DNA of 59,859 nt, counting the filler, from Sanchytrium tribonematis (lineage: Eukaryota): the NCBI GenBank assembly GCA_018985235.1. It is 5 parts of 5 records of this genome, joined end to end, with 100 filler letters (N's around TTAATTAATTAA, not from the genome) between each part and the next. Parts side by side here need not be neighbours in the genome. Positions count along the whole stretch, not along the records: positions 12,011 to 23,916 come from JADGIG010000240.1; positions 24,017 to 35,903 come from JADGIG010000241.1; 3 more parts are not named here. The stretch is one strand, 5' to 3'. A model generated the notes under the pieces. The model did no database searches, had not been told where the DNA came from, and saw nothing but the letters and a program-made list of their open reading frames with translations. Of this stretch, positions 20,150 to 32,594 are shown one piece after another (within the stretch, counting starts at the first letter, position 1; every line of letters starts with the position of its first letter). Made by a program: the position numbers and the translations under genes.

Positions 20150-20900
20150 ACGATATATTTGTTCATTTCGTCAAATGTAGCCCACAATATGATTTATGTC
20201 ATAAAATCATGTACATGCGTGCTTTAAAATTAAATTTAATCTATGACGCACACAGCCTATCCAATTCTATTTTTGTACGGTTTACAATTGCCATCATTTC
20301 TTTTGCATTATCTTTAAGCAATGTAATTTGCTTCAATTCCAGATTGGATTAAAGATTTAGTAAAAACCTTTAATACAATGAATAATATTGTCTGTTGTGT
20401 GCTCCACTGTAAAGTTCCAATTTGCAAGATTAATGGTGTGATACAAATTATTATACATCAAATGAAAATTGACTCCAATCATTCTTGTTTGATCATTTGT
20501 TTTCCACAGATCAGTAGAACAGCAAATATGGGTACTATTTTGTATCGTTATTTTAATGATGTTCACTATATCATCTCTGATGTAACATTGGTAATGACGC
20601 GTTGTAGCGGCATCTGGCGCAATGTTGGGATGAAGAATTGTCAGAATATGGATTTGTGGAATCCGAAACAGGTCTAAAATCAATTGCTTGGGAGAAAGCT
20701 CACTTTTTGTTGTAGTTGAAATTTGCTCTTCCAATTAAAAAGGCATGGCCTTCAAACACAATGCGCGACAAAACACATTTGTGAAATGGGTCCGCGCCTT
20801 TAAAATGTCTAGTCATATTGGTGCATGTGGTTGTATTTGCTTGAGTCATATTACAGCAATAAACAACATTACACAACAAACACTTCCATTTCAAGTTGTT
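20150..20900 (-). pseudogene. hAT transposase remnant
   Basis: BED-type finger WKCLLC...TNMTRHFK; CSTDLWK (first catalytic D); HTTDNI motif; broken by stops and frameshifts. Confidence 0.75.
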
Positions 20901-21479
20901 ATCACTCTGTATATTGAAACGAATTGTATTTCAACAAATTTGTCAGTATAAAATCTCTTTGAGAATATGCTTAAACTTGCAATTGTAAACAATGGATGAG
21001 GACCAATTACGAGTTGCAGCTGTTTTGGAGTGCTTGAATAACGCAATTGTACCATTTGTTGTGATTTCAAGGGGTCATCGCTAATCTGGTAAGCATTGAT
21101 GTTATTTATTGCAAATTCAGATTCAAATTCGGGAATTGCCATCTATTTAAAAGCCGATGTCACTAAATTTGAATCAGTCTAAACTTGAAAATGTGCGAAT
21201 TTAGACCGTCCAATTCATATACCCAATTTTGTTAAAGTCGGGACCGTTACTTTGATGTTGGGATTGATTTGGTTGCAACTCATTTGGATCATTTGAGATT
21301 ACGTGATGATAAAGAGATCTCAATGGACCATCCTCGTGTATTTGACTTGGAAGAGAAAGAAGAATAAATAAATAAGTGTAATAAAATCTCATTAAAGTTA
21401 CATATAAGCTAAGATAATAAATTTGGCAGCTGTCTACTACATTGTAACCATTGGATTGTTTATGACAGACCGTTTCATA

Positions 21480-22337
21480 TTTCAAGATGAAAACAAAGAA
21501 CATGGCACTAGATTTGTTAAAATCTCAGCTTCTAGGTGCAGAAGCGGGGAGAAGATTTATAATGCTTTTCCGTCATTTAACATTAGTTTCCGTTACAATG
21601 AGAAAGAAAACAAGACACAGACCATCTGATCTCGCAAATTTCAATGCGATTACAAACTTCTATGCATGGATTAACTTTAGATTTTACAAATCAGACATCT
21701 GTGAATAGCAGGGTTTCTGGAAATTCCAAGCAAAATAAAATTATCTAATGGATCAGTAGAATCCGGATTAGTTTGTTTATGTGTATTTTTAAAAAGAATA
21801 TCTTACCCGAACAGATTAAGTGACTTGGTAGTAATTTTGGAATAGAGCAGTCTAAAGTAAGCCAGATCAACTACTTATGTATAATGGCCATAAGCGTCAC
21901 CACGCATTAAAATATCAATCTTGCATTTTGTGGAATGGACTTATAATTCATTTTTGTGACGTATTTGAGGGTAAAAAGCATGATATATCAATATTACGTG
22001 CAATTTATTTCCAACTAATAAATTATTTATACATGGTAACCCAGCTTATCAAGTTAGAATCCAAATAATAACTCCATTCAAAGCAACAAACAACATCCGT
22101 GAAATGCGACTGTGTAGTACTTAAATGTCTTCTTTCCGAATCTGCGTGGAACTGGGCTTTGGAAAAGTTGTTAGAGTTGATCATTATAAGAACCAAAAAG
22201 TCATGCTGCAACCGAATTCTGAAATGTATAGTGTGACAGTGTTGTTATCTAATTTCAGGTCATGTTACTACAGCAATCAAAAAGCCATGGCATTTGGTGT
22301 CCCACTTCCAACATTAAGAGAATATTTCAATAAATAG
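21480..22337 (+). pseudogene. PIF/Harbinger transposase remnant
   Basis: FRFYKSDI, LCVFLKRISYPNRLSDL, YNGHKRHHALKYQS, EGKKHD, MSSFRICVELGFGKV fragments in several frames. Confidence 0.8.
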
Positions 22338-23916
22338 ATCACGAAATTTATTTAGATACGGATTTTCTAAACATCTCTTACATTAATTCCATTTCCTTAG
22401 CCTTGTTTTCCTCTCTAAGTAGTTCTACTTCAATTTTTTTTCCTCCATATCCACTCTTTGCTCTTCTGGTGCAAGCCGGATTACATTCAACTTGAATCTC
22501 TTGCGATCCAAACGTCAATTAATGGAACAAGTCAAAAATATACAAACTCAAAAGCTGTTGAATAAACACTTCATCCACCACACCTGTAAATTCAATAAAT
22601 GACATTAACACAATAGTTAATGTTGTAAACAATGCCATGGAACCATTTAATGATTCAAAATACAGGACATTTGGAAAAATACCAAGTCCACCCAAGGACC
22701 CTATTCCACATCGATGGGTGCTCAATTAATGGCATCATGGGGACAAAAGGAGAATGATTGTGAACTGCATTGAGAGATTGGGTAGGATTGCATTTGAAGC
22801 GGAGTTCAATGATTATCTTAAGAAATGTGGTCCAAATCTAAAATCAGAATAGAAGGAAATTTATCGATTTTAAACATGTTTAGCAGTAACAATCAATAAA
22901 TAGTTAATATAGAGTCATTTTAAATTACTTTAATATACGTCTTTTTGATGATAAGGAAGTGTTCAATTTGAAGGAGCTTTCGTCAAGTGTTTCAAGAAGG
23001 TTGTTACTAATAAAAAGATTTATTTAATCATTTTTTCCGGTACTTTTATAATGAATAAAGATCATTTAAATACATTAAATTAATTAAATCAACATACCCA
23101 ATTGCACGAAGAATGATTATGTTAAATGATTAGCTTTTGTTTCCGTTTCTTACAAATGCAATTATTGAAACAAAGAACTATATGGGATGGGAAAACTGAT
23201 TTCAGATACTATGTTCATCATTTTTGAGGTACCTGGATACAAAAAACAAGCGTGATACCAGTATTTGATGTCCATTTTGTTGGGATTTGTAAACACAACT
23301 AAGATAAATTTTTATTACAAAAATTTGAACAAACGTTTCCAAAAATGTAACACAAATTGTGTTAAAACAAGGTAAATAAACAGTATGGCAAATTAGCCAT
23401 CAATGATTTATAAGACAATGACCCACCATTAAAAATTTTTGCAATAGATGTTTAGGGCCGTTGATGGTGTTAAATTTTGTCGATATTTGACATTGGGAGT
23501 CGTTAGCACGACTGTTCAAAAAATCTACTTTCAAATTGTGCCCACATCAACAAAAAATACAAATTATCAATTCTCCCATCAATTTAATGTAAAATTAAAG
23601 CTTGTAGCCATTTCCAATTCTACTTGATAAGATGTTATCAAATCCTCTTTTAGCTTGTATCTGTTATCACCCATAAGCATAAATGATTTATCATATCTCG
23701 TAAATATAGCTATAAAAATTGCTTAAAATTTGAAAATGCAAACATACTGGCGTTAATAAAGGTTTTGCGGAACTAAACATCTATAACAACTTGACCTGTC
23801 ATAGAATGAAATCCTTTTCTTATATAAAAGGGAATGAAATTTTTTTCGTGAGGCATTTTGCGGTTTACTTAATGCCATTCAAAGAGATTAATTTAGCTAT
23901 TACACTTGGGGAAATT

Positions 23917-24016
23917 NNNNNNNNNNNNNNNNNNNNNNNNNNNNNNNNNNNNNNNNNNNNTTAATTAATTAANNNNNNNNNNNNNNNNNNNNNNNNNNNN
24001 NNNNNNNNNNNNNNNN
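23917..24016. other. Artificial contig linker
   Basis: N/TTAATTAATTAA/N, 100 nt. Confidence 0.98.
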
Positions 24017-24686
24017 CGTATGGTCTCCACCAGCAAGTGCCTCATTTGTAAAAACAATTGCAAGATCTGCTCCGTATGTTAGAGATTTGGCAATTGAATA
24101 TCCAAATCCAGAATTTGTCACCATGCTGACGTATTTACAACCAGTATTTGCCAAATTAAGCAAGTTGAGTCTAAATGCATTTGATCCATTTGCAGTTGCG
24201 CCACTTTACGATATCGTCACTTTAAATGGCAATAATCTGCAACATTTGCATTTGCACATGATTAGTCAAAAGCCCATCACTGTCAATACAGAATGGATCG
24301 ATAAATTAGTTCGACATTCCCCAAATTTAAGAATGCTTCATTTAGAGGGATTTACATGCGACATCAAAAATCTAAGATATCTCCTCAGATATTACCCAGA
24401 TATCCACTCATTTTCATTAACTGGACCCGGTATAGCTGAATTCAACACTGAAGATGAATTGATTCTCATTGGCACACTCATCAATATGACACATTTAAAA
24501 GAATTCTCATTGGCACTCAAAAGTATCCAAGGAAGAGCCCTGGTAAAAGCAGAAGCAGAGACTATTGAGCAGTATGTAAGTAGTTCATCTGCTCAAGAAC
24601 AATATAGACAGAAATTAGAAAAAGAATTGAATCGTATGATATTTTGGGCAAATATCAAAATTTGGCAGAATTTGCGACATTTTTGA
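24017..24686 (+). CDS. Partial leucine-rich repeat (F-box/RNI-like) protein
   Basis: LQHLHL, SPNLRMLHLEG, LKEFSLAL repeats; 5' end truncated by the gap. Confidence 0.65.
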
Positions 24687-24703
24687 ATTTGAATAAATTC
24701 GAT

Positions 24704-25213
24704 TTATTTGCATGTACCTGATAAACTGTAATTTTTATCACAATCATTTTTGATGTCTCGACAAAGTCCCACTTTCAATCCTTTGTATAATGTGCAATAC
24801 GGAAATGAAGGATTAGAGCAGTTTGTAGAATCCTTTTCACCTGCAATCTTACCACATTCGACTTTTTGACAAACTCCGCCTCTAGATATCTTGGAGCCAA
24901 ACGTTTCTCTAGATTGGAGACGAATTTCATCGCTTACGCAATTATGCGCTAATCCTCGAGAATCAGCACACTCTGTTTCTCCATTAGCTGCATAATCAAT
25001 CCATGATTGTTGGTCGCCACTTTTAATAGCTTTATAATCAGCAGGAAATTCATTGGCAACGCACTTTGCATACTTCAAACCCATTTTGATTTTGCAATAA
25101 TAATGTTTTGGACAATAGTAATCCAAATCACATTTGTATTGTTTGCAAGAGCCACGTGCACTATATCTTCGATCACAATCTGGTTTGCAATCAAACGGAG
25201 TTGCCTCCTCCAA
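24704..25213 (-). CDS. Small cysteine-rich protein; start unresolved (possible frameshift after a signal-like MAFLWLTW in another frame)
   Basis: Many Cys residues in 169 aa; no in-frame ATG at the N-terminus. Confidence 0.5.
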   Translation of the reverse strand: MEEATPFDCKPDCDRRYSARGSCKQYKCDLDYYCPKHYYCKIKMGLKYAKCVANEFPADYKAIKSGDQQSWIDYAANGETECADSRGLAHNCVSDEIRLQSRETFGSKISRGGVCQKVECGKIAGEKDSTNCSNPSFPYCTLYKGLKVGLCRDIKNDCDKNYSLSGTCK

Positions 25214-25216
25214 ACC

Positions 25217-26223
25217 ATGTCAACCAAAGAAATGCCATTTGAAATAATTTCCATGTGTATTCCCATAAATGATGGCTATTTAGTCAATAATTCATTAACA
25301 TCAAGATATTTAAAATCCAGATACGATTTGTTATTTTACCCATTGCAATTTGAAATCTCTCAAAATCCAATATTTCCGTATTTATCATATTGTACACGAC
25401 TCGTTATAGATCGAGTAGACGATTTTGATTATTCTCAATTTCACAATGTAAAATGCATTGAAATCCCAGATATTTTAAATGATGTAGAATTGATGAAATT
25501 ATGGAATATCATAATCAAAGATATGAGCCACGTAGATTCATTAAATTTAACAAACTTGTATATAAAAGAGTCTGAATTAATGAAACCAATGGCGACTTTG
25601 AAGAAATTAAACAAGTTATTTTTAAATCAGTCAATTGAAAATTGGGATATTTTCAATGATATTACCAGTTTAAACACTTTAAATATTGAATTGGATCAAT
25701 CTAAAATGAATGTAATGCAAATCAAAGAACCACTCAAGCATATCACCACACTAGAATTAATAAATGCAAATCAGCAACATTTGGATCTTTTAGCTCAATC
25801 ATGTCCAAATTGCACTCATTTATCCAATAATTTATTCATCAATATAAATCCAGATGAAGTCATTCTTAAATGCATTCAAAAAAGTGATTTATCTCCATTT
25901 TCAATCTAAAATTGAATCATATCCCCCAAATCTTGAAATATTAGATTTATACATTGAGCATCCATCTAAATTAAATCAAGCTATTCCAGATACTCTATCT
26001 AATATTCCAAAATCAATAAGCCGTGTGATATTTACTTTGTAGATGAGTCAGAATATTTGATTAAAATGCAATTGAGATCATTAGAACATGCATTTTTGGA
26101 TAAATTGAAAGAGGCTGCTCAATTAAATGTACGATATTCATTTACTATTGCATCTTTATTCTGTGCTTCTCATGATGGCTCTTATTATTACAGTAATGTG
26201 CCTAAACAAGTGTGGAATGAATA
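25217..26223 (+). pseudogene. F-box/LRR-like gene with two frame breaks (pseudogene or assembly indels)
   Basis: MPFEIISMC F-box-like start, LRR repeats (SCPNCTHL, PPNLEILDL); frame shifts near the A-run at about 25878-25883 and near 26040. Confidence 0.5.
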
Positions 26224-26233
26224 AATCAAGTAG

Positions 26234-26719
<486 letters not shown>

Positions 26720-26977
26720 TAAAATTGATTTTCTTAGATTTTGCAACACTTCTAAACATTTTAATTTTTCAAACCCAAAATTGATGCTGTTTAATCATTT
26801 ATAGCAATTGTGGATTATTTGTATATCATAATAAGGTATTGGGATTTGTTGCGATTTGGGTAGATTAAAATAAATGACAGTACATTTTAGAAGATTTGAT
26901 TGGATTGTAGACCCAATTTGTCTGAAAATAGAAAATTCAAGATTCATAATTGGAAACATTCCCCAAATGAAAAACAG

Positions 26978-27526
26978 ATGCTATTTACATTATTATTGGC
27001 AATGAGGGATGTCAAACCAGGACCTGGGCCTAAGACAGGCGAATTGAGTGATGTTCCAGTGTCTGATCCTCTTCTTGATACACAATCAGGGACTCGATCA
27101 TCATTAACACCAGGAGCTACTGAACTAAATCCGGATGAATTAGCCACACAAGAAACCAGACAGCAAGAGCGAGACACGCCACCATCATCCTCTAATGCTG
27201 AGAGACAACTTGAAGAACTTGGCAGTCGAACGAACCCAAGAGACACGAGAATTGAAAATGAAAAGAGACCACTCACAAGAAAAGATAAAATCATAAATGC
27301 ACTACTCATTACTACTATTATTGCTGGTATATCCACTATCATTGCTGCACTTGCTGCCTGGCTCACTCAAAAAGCAATATACAGTGTTTCTCCAAATGAC
27401 AAAGATATGCCACAAGAAGCCATTCCGAATCCAAAAGGAGGTAATTTCCCAATAGATGGATTTCAAGGAATTCAGTGGCCAGTTTTACAAGATCACAATC
27501 AATGGAACATGCAAACTAGTCAATAA
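26978..27526 (+). CDS. Signal-peptide plus single-TM protein, tandem paralog 1
   Basis: MLFTLLLAM; low-complexity linker; TM; C-terminus MPQEAIP...FPIDGFQGIQWPVLQ. Confidence 0.75.
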   Translation: MLFTLLLAMRDVKPGPGPKTGELSDVPVSDPLLDTQSGTRSSLTPGATELNPDELATQETRQQERDTPPSSSNAERQLEELGSRTNPRDTRIENEKRPLTRKDKIINALLITTIIAGISTIIAALAAWLTQKAIYSVSPNDKDMPQEAIPNPKGGNFPIDGFQGIQWPVLQDHNQWNMQTSQ

Positions 27527-27679
27527 ATGCGATACTTTTAAATGACTTCTCAAGATGCAATTTTTGAGAAAATCACATTCATTTCAAATTGGCATATGTG
27601 ATTGGATCACAAATTCTGTTTGACTGAGAATAGAAATTTGATGATTCATAACTGGAGACATTCCCCAATTAGAAATCAG

Positions 27680-28273
27680 ATGTTTTTTGTGCTGCTACTT
27701 GCAATATTTGGAGGGCCTGAGGGATTTAAATTAACAGAGGGTGGAGAAGTGCAAAACCGAGAGGGATTAGGGCCAGCTTGGACTCCAGAAACACCAGAAA
27801 CGGGTAACCCAACATTAGGAGGCTCTAAAGACACTTCTGGTGATACTCTAGAACCGCCGACATTTGAAGGAAGTGATCCTGTATCAAATGGTTTAGCACC
27901 TGAAATTCAAGAAGTAACTAACGGATTAGAAGATTTGGGTAATAATTTTAAACCCAAGGATCCAAAAGATCCAAAAGATCCAAAAGATCCAAATAAGAGT
28001 GATCCAAAAAAGAACCCGATTATAGAGTATCGAAAGAAGCAGCTTGCATTGGTTGCCATTGCTTTACTAGTTTCAAGTCTAGCTGGTCTTCTTGCAGGAT
28101 TGTTTGTGACGTTATTCGATAAGAAATCAGTGCCAAGTCTATTCCCAAATGATGACAATATGCCACAAGAAGCCATCCCGCATGCAATAGGAGGCAATTA
28201 TCCAATAGATAGTTTTCAAGGGATCCAATGGCCCGTATTACAAAATCAATGGACCATGCAAACCAGTCAATAA
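27680..28273 (+). CDS. Signal-peptide plus single-TM protein, tandem paralog 2, with a KDP repeat
   Basis: MFFVLLLAIFGG; (KDP)4; TM; C-terminus MPQEAIP...YPIDSFQGIQWPVLQ. Confidence 0.75.
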   Translation: MFFVLLLAIFGGPEGFKLTEGGEVQNREGLGPAWTPETPETGNPTLGGSKDTSGDTLEPPTFEGSDPVSNGLAPEIQEVTNGLEDLGNNFKPKDPKDPKDPKDPNKSDPKKNPIIEYRKKQLALVAIALLVSSLAGLLAGLFVTLFDKKSVPSLFPNDDNMPQEAIPHAIGGNYPIDSFQGIQWPVLQNQWTMQTSQ

Positions 28274-28282
28274 ATTTATGAG

Positions 28283-29554
28283 TTATTTATTATTCTTCAT
28301 ATTATTACACACATCTACAATCGGATAACCCTTGTAATACATCAAATCAGCCCATTTTTGCAATTCGTGCTTGTATTTTGGAACATGCTGCAATTCCCAC
28401 AGCACATATTGCAAAAATGTACCACAAATCACATGGTTTAATTCAGGTTTAAAACAGTATAATATTTCATTAATTGTCTCATAAATTACATCATTGGGTG
28501 TCGCATCAATAAAATAATGTAATAAAACACCTTTTCTAAACATTGCCGCATCTCCTTTTTCTAAATTCAATGCACGCAAACAATCATCAAACAAGTCAAT
28601 TTGGTCATGATTTGTCACTTGAATGGATAAATCATGATACTCTTCAATCATTTGTTTGAATTGTGGATATTTTAAAGTGAATTGATGGTCAAATTCACAT
28701 AAATCACATAAACAAATAAATTGGTAATGTGCTGTGTCATTTTGTCGATTTATTAATGGTTTATGGGTTAAAATGTACTTGAGGGTCAATGATTCTCCCA
28801 TTTTAATGTCTCTTAATGCTCTAATGACCATAATATCTCCAATAAAATAATTAAAGCAATTTGGTAAACACGAGTGATTTAACAGGGAAGCAGTTGAGAA
28901 GATGGCATGGTATTCAGGGTGATAAGGACCTAATGTAAATGCATTACAATCTACCAAATCACTAATAATAGATTTGGTTAATGTTTCTGTGGGTTCATTG
29001 CAAATATATAATTGTTGAATTTGTGATTTTTTAAATGGGTCATTGGCCATTTCATACACTTTAGACTTTAATTGTGATACTCCTGATTGATTATCACTGT
29101 CTTGCGCATATGCAATGGCTTTATTGACTAGAATTAAATCACCACATTTATAATCTTGAGCAGCACATAATCCCCTTCCTTGATCCATCGTCTCTACAAT
29201 CTCAACATTGCGGACATAATCACTCACATTGACAGTAAACTGATCCTGTGCTTCTTTAAACATGCTCTCAAATTGATATTCACCAAAATCACGCTCTCTT
29301 TTACGTTGCATCAATATTTCCTTGAATTCATTCATATTCTGATTATATTTACATTCTAATATACTCAATAATTCATCGCATTCATCATAATCCTGCATTT
29401 TATAATAAATCATGAATTTCATCCAAATGCCTTGTAAATCATCAGATTTCACTAACTTTAATGCATTGATATATTCATGCTTGTCAAGTAATGTTTTCAA
29501 TCCCGTATGATTAGTAAAATTCATTCCATTTACATTTGAATTGACTCCAAACAT
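28283..29554 (-). CDS. SET-domain (SMYD-like) lysine methyltransferase
   Basis: GRGLCA...GDLIL, LLNHSCLPNC, ESLTLKY, post-SET FICLCDLC. Confidence 0.85.
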   Translation of the reverse strand: MFGVNSNVNGMNFTNHTGLKTLLDKHEYINALKLVKSDDLQGIWMKFMIYYKMQDYDECDELLSILECKYNQNMNEFKEILMQRKRERDFGEYQFESMFKEAQDQFTVNVSDYVRNVEIVETMDQGRGLCAAQDYKCGDLILVNKAIAYAQDSDNQSGVSQLKSKVYEMANDPFKKSQIQQLYICNEPTETLTKSIISDLVDCNAFTLGPYHPEYHAIFSTASLLNHSCLPNCFNYFIGDIMVIRALRDIKMGESLTLKYILTHKPLINRQNDTAHYQFICLCDLCEFDHQFTLKYPQFKQMIEEYHDLSIQVTNHDQIDLFDDCLRALNLEKGDAAMFRKGVLLHYFIDATPNDVIYETINEILYCFKPELNHVICGTFLQYVLWELQHVPKYKHELQKWADLMYYKGYPIVDVCNNMKNNK

Positions 29555-29587
29555 GGTTTCAATTTCAACAAATATTTTTTCAAACAA

Positions 29588-31453
29588 ATGCCCATTGATT
29601 TCCCAACTCCTCCAGCCATCATTTTCAACGCTAAAAAGAACAAACAATACCATAGATTATCTTCACTAGGTCAAGGTGGATTTGCGAAATGTTATAAAGT
29701 ATTATCAGATAATCATGAATTTGCAATAAAATGCATTCACAAGAAATCACTCAAAAACCCAAAACACGTCTCCAAATTGAAATCAGAAATCAAAATCCAC
29801 TCCCAATTAAACCACACCAACATTGTCAAGTGTTATTCTTACTTTGAAGACCGCGAATTCGTATATTTAGTATTAGAATTATGTCATTTAAAAACCCTAG
29901 GATCCATGCTACGCACTCGCCACACTCTATCTGAACCAGAATGTAGATATTTTATGCTTCAAATATTACATGCCATCCAATATTTACATAAAAATCAAAT
30001 TATCCACAGAGATTTGAAATTAGGCAATATTTTATTAACTTCCCAAATGACAGTCAAATTAGCTGATTTTGGATTAGCTGCACTCGTCACCAATGAACAA
30101 CGCAAGAAAACTTTATGTGGTACTCCAAATTACCTCGCCCCTGAAATATTACTCGGTACAGCCAATGGCCATTCCTATGAAGTGGATATTTGGTCATATG
30201 GCTGTGTTTTATACACTTTATTATTCAGCAAACCCCCATTCCAATCCAAAGATGTCAATGATATTTATCATAAAATCAAAAATACATTATTTGAAATCCC
30301 TCCCAATTCTATCCACCATTCCACAGACTATCTCATCCATCAATGTCTCCAAAATCACCCTGAAAAACGCCCATCTGCTTCCCAATTACTCTTATTTGAT
30401 TATTTCAAATGTTTTACCCCCAAATCCCTCCCCGTTTCATCACTCGCATCCATTCCCCAATTTGATAATGAGCCACAAAGTGTATTACAGAGTAATCCAC
30501 AGAGTAATTTACAGAGTGATCCACATAGTCTAACTAAAAAACAATCCACCCAATCTATAAAACGAGTTGATTCTCATTTAACCCCAATTAAATCCAAATC
30601 TATCCGTCATTCATCCCCAATGTCCATCCCATCCACCCCATCTAAAATACCAACTCCAATTAAACGTAAAAATACCATCCAACTCTATTTATCCAATTTA
30701 CGACATTGCTTCAAATGTGCTGAATATCACTATATAGCCCACCATGCCCCCATCCCATGGCCTCAACAATCACCCCAATCCACATTCAATACACTCCATC
30801 CCCCAAAATGGCCCCCACATCCCCCACATCTCCCATCCATCTTCATAATAAAATGGATTGATTATTCTAATAAAATTGGATTATCCTATGAACTCACCAA
30901 TGGCATCGTGGGTATTTTATTCAATGATTTAAATTCCATTTTAATTAATTCTAATAATACCCAATTGTGTCAATTAGAATTAACCAGCCATCAAGGCCAA
31001 TCTCAAATGCATATTATGGAACATTCTGTGAATGAATTAGATGGATATTTACTCAAAAGATATAAAATGGTGATGGAATTCAAGAAATACATGGCTACTC
31101 ATTTAAGTGGCCAATTAAAATGGACTGGCAGTCAACAAAATGGATTTAATGAACAATCTGGTGAATCCAATGAATTGACACCCACAGTCTATTTACAAAA
31201 ATGGCTTAAATTTAAACATGCAGTGGTATTTAGATTCAATAATAATCAAATTCAAATGAATTTTCAAGATCATACTAAAATGATATTAAATGAATATGGA
31301 AGTGGTATTTTGTATATTAAAGAGAAACAAGTGTATTCTGGACATGTAGAAGAGATATTAATGCAACAAGGTGGATTAAACGGGGTCATTTGTGAAGAAA
31401 TGGTGGATAGATTGTTGAAAATGATTGAATTTTTACAAGTATTGGATAAATAA
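29588..31453 (+). CDS. CDC5: Polo-like kinase
   Basis: LGQGGFAKCY, HRDLKLGN, KTLCGTPNYLAPE; polo boxes KWIDYSNKIG and QMNFQDHTK. Confidence 0.95.
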   Translation: MPIDFPTPPAIIFNAKKNKQYHRLSSLGQGGFAKCYKVLSDNHEFAIKCIHKKSLKNPKHVSKLKSEIKIHSQLNHTNIVKCYSYFEDREFVYLVLELCHLKTLGSMLRTRHTLSEPECRYFMLQILHAIQYLHKNQIIHRDLKLGNILLTSQMTVKLADFGLAALVTNEQRKKTLCGTPNYLAPEILLGTANGHSYEVDIWSYGCVLYTLLFSKPPFQSKDVNDIYHKIKNTLFEIPPNSIHHSTDYLIHQCLQNHPEKRPSASQLLLFDYFKCFTPKSLPVSSLASIPQFDNEPQSVLQSNPQSNLQSDPHSLTKKQSTQSIKRVDSHLTPIKSKSIRHSSPMSIPSTPSKIPTPIKRKNTIQLYLSNLRHCFKCAEYHYIAHHAPIPWPQQSPQSTFNTLHPPKWPPHPPHLPSIFIIKWIDYSNKIGLSYELTNGIVGILFNDLNSILINSNNTQLCQLELTSHQGQSQMHIMEHSVNELDGYLLKRYKMVMEFKKYMATHLSGQLKWTGSQQNGFNEQSGESNELTPTVYLQKWLKFKHAVVFRFNNNQIQMNFQDHTKMILNEYGSGILYIKEKQVYSGHVEEILMQQGGLNGVICEEMVDRLLKMIEFLQVLDK

Positions 31454-31476
31454 ATGAAAATTGTTTATTGGGGTGG

Positions 31477-32166
31477 TTACATCATGTCAAGCAAATCATT
31501 AATGAAATCCCCATCATTAATCACTTTAAATGTGGTGTATTCATTAACACTGACTGATAGTGCCATACCTGCTTGAAATTCTTTGTTTAATTCAGTACGT
31601 AGGTCAGAATAACTCGAAGAAAGCCTTTGTTCGAAACCATTTTTACTTCTGATAATATATGTGTAATCATTCTTACTATTTTGCTTGACTTCGAAACTCA
31701 ATCGATCTGATTTGATTGTAAATTCTAGATTTGGGGAATTTTTGAACCACTTTAAAAAAAAATAATCAAATTTAGTCGATTCAGGAAAATGACACTTGTA
31801 AATTTTATCCAGCATACTCGTCACAATTTTGAATCGACCTCCCTCTTTCTTTACGACCTGTGATCCTACACCACATCCAACATCTGAATGTTGAATCATA
31901 TCACCCACTTCAGCATTTCCTGCAATGGATGTAACCAATTCCGTTAATGGCACAGGATTTTTAAGTCGATCATCTACAGATACGGTAAAATCATGTGGTA
32001 TTTCAACTTCTTCTCCACCATGCGCCAATGTGACAAATCTTTTGTCATACTGTGTGGAAATTCCACCAATGTCTGTAATTTGAAAACGTAGTATCTCTTT
32101 ATTTGTCTTTTTAATATCCACAGTGAAAGTAAATGCGAATAATGCACTCAACAATAAAAGCAACAT
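31477..32166 (-). CDS. Secreted hypothetical protein
   Basis: MLLLLLSALFA signal peptide; no recognised domain. Confidence 0.65.
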   Translation of the reverse strand: MLLLLLSALFAFTFTVDIKKTNKEILRFQITDIGGISTQYDKRFVTLAHGGEEVEIPHDFTVSVDDRLKNPVPLTELVTSIAGNAEVGDMIQHSDVGCGVGSQVVKKEGGRFKIVTSMLDKIYKCHFPESTKFDYFFLKWFKNSPNLEFTIKSDRLSFEVKQNSKNDYTYIIRSKNGFEQRLSSSYSDLRTELNKEFQAGMALSVSVNEYTTFKVINDGDFINDLLDMM

Positions 32167-32594
32167 GTGAAAATAAAAGTGGATTCCTTTTATGTCTCCA
32201 AATAACCCCAAGGAGTCTTATCTACCCAATCGATTGTAATTGACTATTTAGCAGTGACACAGAAACATGATCACAAAGACATGGGTCAAAACAATGCCCA
32301 TATGGACACATGGTGATGCAAAAATGAAATCAAAAGTAGATACAAAGAAATGGACAATATAGGACTATGGATTGAAATAAAGAATAATTATTTGGATATC
32401 ATTATTTTGAGCATATGGGACCTGGTTAAGATTTTAATATAAATGGCACGGCAGGACAAAATTTGAATTGGGACCAGTCCATCTAGAGCTGGGACTTATG
32501 ACTAACTAGACACTGACTAGTTTTTAGTCATGACTAAACTAGTTTAGTTTTTCAAAATTTACGACTAGACTAGATGAAAACTAGTCCAAAATTT

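Noticed and set aside
22340..23916. AT-rich stretch with short ORF fragments, including a possible Harbinger second-ORF tail at 22340-22500 on the minus strand
   Set aside because: Too decayed to assign; no TIR pair or TSD could be established
26023..26042. Possible 20-nt intron GTGTGATATTTACTTTGTAG in the F-box/LRR-like gene
   Set aside because: It would restore the frame, but lacks the GTA start and the A at -6; the gene has another break with no GT-AG solution, so a simple indel is equally likely
32500..32586. Short GACTA/ACTAG repeats that could suggest an array
   Set aside because: Irregular, without spacers, and mirrored at 34660-34750; they are subterminal repeats of the MITE
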